A DNA stretch of 64,000 nucleotides from a bacterium (GTDB lineage Bacteria; Krumholzibacteriota; Krumholzibacteriia; LZORAL124-64-63). A program made the position numbers and the translations under genes. The first letter of the stretch is position 1. Each line of letters starts with the position of its first letter. The stretch spans positions 35,890 to 99,889 of the forward strand of contig JANOEP010000011.1 of the NCBI GenBank assembly GCA_031441465.1, read 5' to 3'. This document shows positions 57,984 to 64,000 of the stretch, piece by piece. Under the pieces are notes generated by a model, which was not told the DNA's origin, ran no database searches, and saw nothing but the letters and a program-made list of their open reading frames with translations.

Positions 57984-58658
57984 TCAGCAGAGGGCGAGCA
58001 CTTCGTCCACGAGCCTGCCGATGCCGTCGAACACTACGGAAATCCTGTCGGTGACCATGTAGGCCGGTGTGGTCACGACGCGGTTCACGCCGTCCACCAC
58101 CACCTCGTCGGCCGCGGCCGGCACGTGCCGGGCGCCCATCGCCTCCAGCGCCGCCGCCTGGCCGGGGTCGTCGCCGATGGTCAGTTTCACGGGCGGCCGC
58201 TCGTCACCCGTGCGGGTCCCCAGGACGCGGGCGACCAGGACCGGGGCGATGCAGGCCGCGCCGATGACCTTGCCCGCGCCGTGCATGGCGGCGAGGAACG
58301 CGGCCACCGACGGTTCGACCGTGCACGCTGCGCCCTCGGTGGCGAAGGTGCAGAGGTTCTTGGCGACGCCGAAGCCGCCCGGCAGCACCACCGCATCGAA
58401 ATCCTCGACGCACAGGTCCCTCACCTCGGCGACCGGTCCGCGCGCGATGCGCGCCGACTCGACGCGCATGTCGCGGGTCTCGCCCGCAGCGGGTTCCCGG
58501 CGCAGGTGGTCGATCACGTGCAGTTGCGGTCCCGAGGGGGCGGCGACGGTCACGCGCGCACCGGCCCGGTCGAGCGCGAGCAGCACGGCCGTGGCCTCGT
58601 GGATTTCCGAACCGTCGAACACGCCGGCGCCGCTCAGGATTACCGCCACGCGTTTCAT
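57984..58658 (-). CDS. elbB: DJ-1/PfpI-family protein ElbB (isoprenoid biosynthesis glyoxalase-like).
   Basis: MKRVAVILSG... N-terminus and DAVVLPGGFG nucleophile elbow. Confidence 0.75.
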   Translation of the reverse strand: MKRVAVILSGAGVFDGSEIHEATAVLLALDRAGARVTVAAPSGPQLHVIDHLRREPAAGETRDMRVESARIARGPVAEVRDLCVEDFDAVVLPGGFGVAKNLCTFATEGAACTVEPSVAAFLAAMHGAGKVIGAACIAPVLVARVLGTRTGDERPPVKLTIGDDPGQAAALEAMGARHVPAAADEVVVDGVNRVVTTPAYMVTDRISVVFDGIGRLVDEVLALC

Positions 58659-58823
58659 GGCGCCACCTCCCTCCAGGAAGAGTTGGGATTTTCGGGCCAT
58701 CGGCCCCGGATGTCAACCCCCCGCGGTCGGCCGGCAAGAGACTTTTTGGGGGCGTCGCCGGCGAGTACTACCTTGGGCCGTGATGCCGCGCGCAAACGCG
58801 CGCCGGCTCGACACGGAGGGGCG

Positions 58824-59297
58824 ATGTCGAAAATCGCGATCGGCGGGATGGTCGAAACGCCCGCCCTGGTGCTCCTGAAGGTCCTGGGCGCCCGCAAGGG
58901 ACCCGGCGTGGCCGGTCTGGCCCTGTCGACGCTCGGTGCGCACGGGGTCAACGTGCTGTGCGTGGTCTCGTCCTCGGACCGCTACGGCCGCGAGAACATG
59001 ACCGTGGCCGTGGGCCGCGACGATCTCGACCAGGCGCTGGGCCTGCTGCAAGCCGTCCGCGAGGAAATCGACTCGGAACGCATCGAAGTGGTGCGCAACT
59101 GCTGCCTGATCTCGGTCTACGGCCCCCACTTCAGCGAACGGCCGTCCATCGCCGGCATGATCTTCGACGCCCTGGCCGCCGGTAAAATCGACATCCATGC
59201 CATCAGCACTTCGGTTTCGACCGTTTCCTGCCTCATCGACCAGGACGACCTGGAACCCGCCCGCCGACAACTCCAGGCCGTCTTCTTAATGCCTTAA
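58824..59297 (+). CDS. ACT-domain protein (aspartokinase regulatory-domain-like).
   Basis: Two ACT-like repeats. The stop codon TAA lies inside the left IS terminal repeat. Confidence 0.55.
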   Translation: MSKIAIGGMVETPALVLLKVLGARKGPGVAGLALSTLGAHGVNVLCVVSSSDRYGRENMTVAVGRDDLDQALGLLQAVREEIDSERIEVVRNCCLISVYGPHFSERPSIAGMIFDALAAGKIDIHAISTSVSTVSCLIDQDDLEPARRQLQAVFLMP

Positions 59298-60517
59298 GTT
59301 GTGCCGTCGAGATTGTGTCCGGCCGCGCCATCGGTTAGCGCGGCCGGCTCTCGTTTCATCCTCTCACATCGCGTAGCTCAACTCATGCCGCCGCTGCCGC
59401 GGCAACACCCGCGTGCTGACCGTGCGCCAGTAGTACTCGGTCCAACGCGCCGGCAACTCGATGCGGCTCACGAACAACCGACGTTCCAGCAACTCACTCA
59501 CCGAGAGCCGCCTGTCGAACATCCCGCGCGCCTGCGCCGGCGTCGGGCTCCCGCGCTCCTTCTCCCGCCTGCCCTTCATGTAGTTCCGCCACACCAGGAA
59601 CACCGCCAATCGCTCCGCGCTCGACTGCCGGCGCTTCGACCACGCGATCGTCTCGCGCTTGTGGTTCGCGCTGCTGTGGCGGATCAACAGGTCCAGCAAG
59701 TTGAACGGGAACAACGGGTTGCCCGCATCCCGCCGCTCCCGGCTCGACGTCACTAGGTGGGTCGATTCGCAAGGCAACCCCTTCAGGACCCGCGGGTAGA
59801 TCTGGTGCTCGTCACTCAAGACGGTCACCCGCCGTTGCCCGCCGGTGACCACCTCCAGCAGATGCTTCACGTCCTTGAACACGGCCTTGGAGTCCGGCCG
59901 GCCAAGGCGGGCTTCCAGCCGCTGGCGCTTGCGCTTCTGCGCCTTGGTCATGCGGCCGCTGCGGCGGACCTCGCTTTCGGTGAAGTAGATCATGAAGTCG
60001 GTGTCCGTCTCTACGGCCAGGTGGTGGTGGAAGGGCCAGTACTGGGAATGCTCGAAAGAGACGAAGCCGTCGATGGCGAACTGGTCGGCCGGCTTGGCGG
60101 ACTGCATGCGTTGGGCGTGGTAGAGCAGGCAGTGGCGGCCGAGTCGGCCGAGTTGGCGGTCGATGGTCGAGGGCGCGACGAGCAGGTCCCTGGCGATCTG
60201 TCGGTTGGCCATGCAGCCGGTGGTCTTGGTCAGCAGTTGTGGGAGGATGTCGGGTCGTTTGAGCCAGTAGGAGGTGGCGAAGGTCTGGGAGCTGAAGGAA
60301 CGGCGGCAATGGAGGCAGAGGAACCGCTGGATACGGTTTGGGCTGAGGTGTCTACGGTAGTAGCCGATGCGTTTGAAGCGCCAGCCGGCGATCAACTGCT
60401 TGTGGTAGCAGCAGTTGGGGTTGGGGCAGTGGGGTGGAATGAATCTGGTGCCGATGGTGCGCATGTCCGGCCCGAGGCATCAAGCGGGCCGGACACATTT
60501 TCGACGGCACAACTCAA
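59294..60517 (-). mobile_element. Insertion sequence (IS1/IS1595 superfamily-like), 1224 bp with 31-bp terminal inverted repeats.
   Basis: IRL TTAAGTTGTGCCGTCGAGATTGTGTCCGGCC. The reverse complement of IRR is TTGAGTTGTGCCGTCGAAAATGTGTCCGGCC (28/31 match). Single transposase ORF. Local GC is lower than the flanks. No clear target-site duplication. Confidence 0.8.
59364..60464 (-). CDS. IS transposase with N-terminal zinc ribbon and DDE domain (IS1595/IS1-like).
   Basis: CPNPNC...QRFLCLHCRRSFS zinc ribbon, as in IS1 InsA / IS1595. Candidate DDE residues at FAIDGF, VLSDEH and a downstream E. Confidence 0.75.
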   Translation of the reverse strand: MRTIGTRFIPPHCPNPNCCYHKQLIAGWRFKRIGYYRRHLSPNRIQRFLCLHCRRSFSSQTFATSYWLKRPDILPQLLTKTTGCMANRQIARDLLVAPSTIDRQLGRLGRHCLLYHAQRMQSAKPADQFAIDGFVSFEHSQYWPFHHHLAVETDTDFMIYFTESEVRRSGRMTKAQKRKRQRLEARLGRPDSKAVFKDVKHLLEVVTGGQRRVTVLSDEHQIYPRVLKGLPCESTHLVTSSRERRDAGNPLFPFNLLDLLIRHSSANHKRETIAWSKRRQSSAERLAVFLVWRNYMKGRREKERGSPTPAQARGMFDRRLSVSELLERRLFVSRIELPARWTEYYWRTVSTRVLPRQRRHELSYAM

Positions 60518-62178
60518 TATTGGAATCCGCTCTCGCCGATGAATTCCCGCAGCAGCGAGGTCGGCGGCACCAGCCGCGCGTCGATCGGCAAGTGCAACCC
60601 CAGGAACTCCAGCAGCCCCCGCGCCCGCCCGAACGCCGCGTCCTGGGGCGGCACCGCCGCCAGGCGCGGTTCGGCCCACAGCTTCAGCACGCCCAGCTCG
60701 TACGGCAGGCCCGTGTTGAAGAACAGGTCCGCGTTCGACTGCCAGGGGAAGATGTATTTCTTCTCGCCTTCGCGCACGCTGTTCCAGCGCTGCAGGGTCG
60801 TCGCCGCCGGGTAGCCACGGTACTGGGCGTCGCGCACCAGGCGACGGAAGAGCCGCGGCAGGTGGGTGGGCATGTAGGTCAGGTCGTCGATGTTGGTGGG
60901 CGTGAGGGCCGAGACGTAGATGCGCAGCGTGTTGCGGCGCGGCACGTCGGCGGCGAGGCGCGCGTTCAGGGCGTGGATGCCCTCGACGATCAGGGGCGAG
61001 CCGGGCGGCAGGGAGGCGGGGCTCTCTCGCCAGACGCTGCGCCCGGTGTGGAAATCGTAGTGGGGCAGGCGCATGTCGCGGCCGGCCAGCAGCCCGTCGA
61101 GCGTTTCGGCCAGCAGGTCGAGGCGCAGGGCGTCGAGGGTCTCGTAATCGAAGGTGCCGGCGGCGTCGCGGGGCGTGTGCTCGCGGTCGACGAAGAAATC
61201 GTCCAGGGAGAGCGAAAGCGGGCGCAACCCGTGGTCGCGCAGCATCAGGGCGAGCTGCTTGGCGAAGGTCGTCTTGCCGCTGCTCGACGGGCCGGAGATC
61301 AGGACCAGACGGCCGTCGTCGGGCAGGGTGGCGACCCGGTCCGCGGCGCCGACCACCGCCCGCGTGTGCCGAGCCTCGCAGATCGCGATGAGTTCGCCGG
61401 CGCACCCCTCGGCGACCAGGCGGTTGATCGAGCCCAGATCGGGGATGCCCTGGCTCGTGGTCCAGGCGGTGTGATCCCGCAATGCCTGGAGCAGCTTGGG
61501 TTGCTGCGCGAAGGGTTGGACCGAATCCGGAGCGCCGGCCAGGTTGGGCATCAGCACGAAGCCGGGCGGCTCGGGCAGCAGGGCGAAGGCGCCCGCGAGG
61601 GCCGTCGAAGGCAGGTGCAGGCCCTGCAGCAGCAGCCGGCTGCCCTCGGGGCGGCAGAAGACCGCGGTGCCGACCGGGACGTAACGCGCCGCTTCGAGCG
61701 TGTGGCGGCGCGCCGAGTCGCGCAGCGCCCGCTGCAGGGCGCGGGGACCGTACAGCACGGGTTTCAGTTCCCGGTCGGCCGCGATGATCGCCCGCATGCG
61801 CGCCTCGAGCGCGGCGAGTTCGTCGGGCTGCAGGGGAGCGCCGCGGCGCAGCTCGCAGTACATCCCATCGCCGTAGGAGAAGTCCACGACGATCGCGTGT
61901 TCGGGATGCAGCTCCTCGCAGGCCATCGCCATGACCGTCACCAGCGTCCGCTGGACCGTGGAGTGGGATTTGGGATGGCTGCGGCGCATCAAGCCCACCG
62001 TCTCGCCGCCCCACAGCGGTTCGTTCAGGCAGGTGCGCTGGCCGTTGACCACGCCCAGGACGGCCGGGTCGGCGCCGCCGTCGAGTTCGTGGATGGCGAG
62101 CACCTCCAGCAGAGGGGTGCCGGGTACGATCTCGAACGGACGGCCTTCGATCCGGACCGTCGCGCTGCCGTTGGCCAT
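60514..62178 (-). CDS. TGS / ThrRS-N-like domain fused to a uridine kinase / phosphoribulokinase-family P-loop kinase.
   Basis: N-terminal ThrRS-like TGS and second additional domain. Kinase P-loop LISGPSSSGKTTF. RBS AAGGAGA. The stop codon lies inside the right IS terminal repeat. Confidence 0.7.
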   Translation of the reverse strand: MANGSATVRIEGRPFEIVPGTPLLEVLAIHELDGGADPAVLGVVNGQRTCLNEPLWGGETVGLMRRSHPKSHSTVQRTLVTVMAMACEELHPEHAIVVDFSYGDGMYCELRRGAPLQPDELAALEARMRAIIAADRELKPVLYGPRALQRALRDSARRHTLEAARYVPVGTAVFCRPEGSRLLLQGLHLPSTALAGAFALLPEPPGFVLMPNLAGAPDSVQPFAQQPKLLQALRDHTAWTTSQGIPDLGSINRLVAEGCAGELIAICEARHTRAVVGAADRVATLPDDGRLVLISGPSSSGKTTFAKQLALMLRDHGLRPLSLSLDDFFVDREHTPRDAAGTFDYETLDALRLDLLAETLDGLLAGRDMRLPHYDFHTGRSVWRESPASLPPGSPLIVEGIHALNARLAADVPRRNTLRIYVSALTPTNIDDLTYMPTHLPRLFRRLVRDAQYRGYPAATTLQRWNSVREGEKKYIFPWQSNADLFFNTGLPYELGVLKLWAEPRLAAVPPQDAAFGRARGLLEFLGLHLPIDARLVPPTSLLREFIGESGFQY

Positions 62179-62349
62179 GGTCGTCTCCTTGCCCGATGCG
62201 AGGGCGGCCTGATGGTAGGACCAGCGCGACGGCTTGTCCATCCCGGCGCCGGGCAGGGGAAAGCTCCGGTTGTACGGAGCCGGGTCGCCGTCTATACTGC
62301 TGCCCGCAAGAGGTCGCCACGAGACGATGCGAGACAAAGGGAGTGCACC

Positions 62350-63375
62350 ATGTCCGTGAAGCTGGGAATCATGGGGTTCGGTCGGCTGGGCCGGAACATG
62401 TTCCGGATCGCCCACGACGTTCCCGACATCACCTTCGCCGCGGTCAGCGACGTGGCCGGCGTCGAGACGCTGGCTTACCTGCTGAAGTACACCACGGTCG
62501 AAGGGCCCTTCAAGGGCGAGCTGCGCCAGAAGGGACACTACCTGGTCACCAAGCACCAGAACACCCGTGTGGTGCACGGCTCGCGTCCGGGCGACGTCCC
62601 CTGGGATGTGCTGGGCGTCGACATCGTGATCGAGGCCACCGGCATGTTCCGCACCCGCGCCGAGCTGCAGAAGCACCTCGACTCCGGGGCCAAGGGGGTC
62701 ATCCTCTCGACGCCGCCGGTGGGTGCGATCGACCGCATGATCGTCAACGGGGTCAACGACGACCAGCTGCAGCCGGGCGACCGCATCGTCTCCTGCGGCA
62801 GCAGCTCGTGCCACGCCCTGGCCGTGATCATGAAGGTCCTGCACGAGAAGATCGGCGTGAAGCGCGCGACGATGACCACCGTCCACGCCTACACCAGCGA
62901 CCAGCAGCTCAGCGACAACGCTCGCGGCGGCCTGCGCTGGAGCCGCTCGGCGGCCGAGAACATCATCCCGAACAGCAGCTGGGCGGCCGGCGCGGTCATG
63001 GACCTGATCCCCGAGCTGCGGGGCAAGCTGTCGGGCATGGCCCTGAACGTCCCGGTGTCCGCCGGCTCGAACCTCGACCTGGTCATCGAGCTGAACAAGC
63101 CGCTGTCGGCGGTGGAGTTCAACGCCGTGCTGGCCGAGGCGGCCGCCGGCCCCTACAAGGGCCTGATCGGCTACACCGACGAACCCATCGTCTCCAGCGA
63201 CGTGATCGGCAACTCCTGCTCGGCCGTCGTGGATTCGCAGGCCACCCTGTCGCTGGGCAACGGCCTGGTGAAGTGCATCGTCTGGTACGACAACGGCTGG
63301 GCCTACGCCTACCGCATGCTCGAGACCGCCCGCAAGCTGGCGGGCCTGATCCGGTCCCAGGAGGTCGCGTCATGA
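62350..63375 (+). CDS. GAPDH-family paralogue with an altered active site (catalytic Cys replaced).
   Basis: Full GAPDH fold (INGFGRIGR-like N-terminus, C-terminal WYDNEWGY-like WYDNGWAY). The canonical SNASCTTNCLAP is replaced by SCGSSSCHALAV. Confidence 0.7.
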   Translation: MSVKLGIMGFGRLGRNMFRIAHDVPDITFAAVSDVAGVETLAYLLKYTTVEGPFKGELRQKGHYLVTKHQNTRVVHGSRPGDVPWDVLGVDIVIEATGMFRTRAELQKHLDSGAKGVILSTPPVGAIDRMIVNGVNDDQLQPGDRIVSCGSSSCHALAVIMKVLHEKIGVKRATMTTVHAYTSDQQLSDNARGGLRWSRSAAENIIPNSSWAAGAVMDLIPELRGKLSGMALNVPVSAGSNLDLVIELNKPLSAVEFNAVLAEAAAGPYKGLIGYTDEPIVSSDVIGNSCSAVVDSQATLSLGNGLVKCIVWYDNGWAYAYRMLETARKLAGLIRSQEVAS

Positions 63376-64000
63376 GAATCGCCATCAACGGATTCGGGCG
63401 CATCGGGCGCGCGGTCTTTCGCCTGCTCAACAGCATGCCCGAGGTCGAGGTCGTGGCCATCAACGACCTGGCCGACCCCGCGGCGCTGGCCTACCTGCTG
63501 CGCCACGACACGGTCATGGGGCCCTTCCAGGGCGTCGCCCAAATGGACGGGGACCTGATGGTCACCAGCAGCCAGCGCGTGAAGATGACCCAGGTGCCCG
63601 ACCCGAAGCAGCTGCCCTGGCGCGAACTGGGCATCGACTACGTGGTCGAGGCCACCGGCCGCTTCCGCAAGCGGGCCGAGATCGCCCAGCACATCGAGGC
63701 GGGGGCGAGGAAGGTCCTGCTGACGGTGCCCTCGAAGGACGAGATCGACGCGACCATCGTCCTGGGCGTCAACGACGAGGAGCTCAAGCCCGAACACCAG
63801 ATCGTCTCGAACGCCTCCTGCACGACCAACTGCCTGGCGCCCCTGGCCTACGTGCTGGACAAGGAGTTCGGCATCGAGTACGGGCTGATGACCACCGTCC
63901 ACGCCTACACCAACGACCAGCGCCTGGCCGACGTGCCGCACAGCGACTGGCGGCGGTCCCGCGCCGCGGCCGAGAACACCATCCCGACCACCACCGGCGC
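63372..64000 (+). CDS. gap: Glyceraldehyde-3-phosphate dehydrogenase, canonical, 3'-partial at the window end.
   Basis: INGFGRIGR NAD motif and the SNASCTTNCLAP active site. ATGA overlap with the upstream paralogue. Confidence 0.9.
   Translation, partial: MRIAINGFGRIGRAVFRLLNSMPEVEVVAINDLADPAALAYLLRHDTVMGPFQGVAQMDGDLMVTSSQRVKMTQVPDPKQLPWRELGIDYVVEATGRFRKRAEIAQHIEAGARKVLLTVPSKDEIDATIVLGVNDEELKPEHQIVSNASCTTNCLAPLAYVLDKEFGIEYGLMTTVHAYTNDQRLADVPHSDWRRSRAAAENTIPTTTG

Noticed and set aside
57228-59297. 689-aa plus-strand ORF
   Set aside because: Only the last 157 codons (ACT-domain protein with RBS) are credible. The rest is antisense to the ParA and ElbB genes.
59283-60530. Target-site duplication flanking the IS
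   Set aside because: Sequences immediately outside the 31-bp terminal repeats (…AATGCC | TATTGG…) show no direct repeat of 2-9 bp at any plausible boundary.
60392-62886. 642-aa alternative-frame ORF, and the N-terminal 236 codons of the 790-aa ORF
   Set aside because: R/P/G-rich artefacts. The kinase gene starts at the RBS-supported ATG at 62178.

Overview
This is a very GC-rich (~70%) bacterial chromosomal window. Sigma-54 machinery, many multiheme cytochromes, TPR proteins and a selenoprotein are compatible with a Myxococcota/Anaeromyxobacter-like or similar organism, but this is inference only. Many long six-frame ORFs are GC-driven artefacts. Real genes were chosen by recognisable protein families, signal peptides, RBS and start/stop coupling. 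The ORF track translates GTG/TTG starts as M.

Content by region:
- 1.4-6.7 kb, minus strand: a conserved housekeeping operon, tRNA(CAU)-tilS-ftsH-folP-cdaA.
- 7-11.4 kb: Yip1 protein plus a MacA-like adaptor and two FtsX permeases.
- 11.7-17.3 kb, minus strand: a translationally coupled operon of two paralogous AlkP-superfamily phosphodiesterases, a small RHH protein and two membrane proteins.
- 17.4-21.3 kb: alpha/beta hydrolase, TPR protein and a lipoprotein.
- 21.3-27.9 kb: gltX, tRNA-Gln and tRNA-Glu, a peroxiredoxin and three more AlkP-superfamily genes.
- 28.0-31.6 kb: trxA, a sigma-54 activator and a hypothetical membrane-anchored protein.
- 30.9-32.4 kb, minus strand: an SPFH / bPH-membrane / Arc-like RHH operon.
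- 32.7-34.0 kb: pepT.
- 34.1-40.6 kb, minus strand: a putative porin-cytochrome electron-transfer module (cytochrome-b-like membrane protein, 20-heme and 13-heme cytochromes c, a 540-aa outer-membrane beta-barrel and an FeS/FAD oxidoreductase).
- 40.8-48.7 kb: OPT transporter, quinone oxidoreductase, OmpA, isochorismatase, PLD and tpx.
- 48.8-51.2 kb: a divergent transketolase-family protein.
- 51.3-54.5 kb: DnaQ-like exonuclease, MsbA-like exporter and a hypothetical secreted protein.
- 54.5-58.7 kb, minus strand: elbB, an orphan ParA-like ATPase, a Zn-ADH, a UGA-encoded SelW-like selenoprotein that the ORF track missed, and a HAD hydrolase.
- 58.8-59.3 kb: an ACT-domain protein.
- 59.3-60.5 kb: a lower-GC IS1/IS1595-like insertion sequence with 31-bp terminal inverted repeats.
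- 60.5-64.0 kb: a TGS/uridine-kinase fusion and tandem GAPDH paralogues, the first with its catalytic Cys replaced.

No CRISPR array was seen.

The strongest candidates for something new are the porin-cytochrome module, the selenoprotein/ParA operon, the coupled AlkP-RHH-membrane operon, and a family of nested palindromic intergenic elements sharing an ACATCCTG core.
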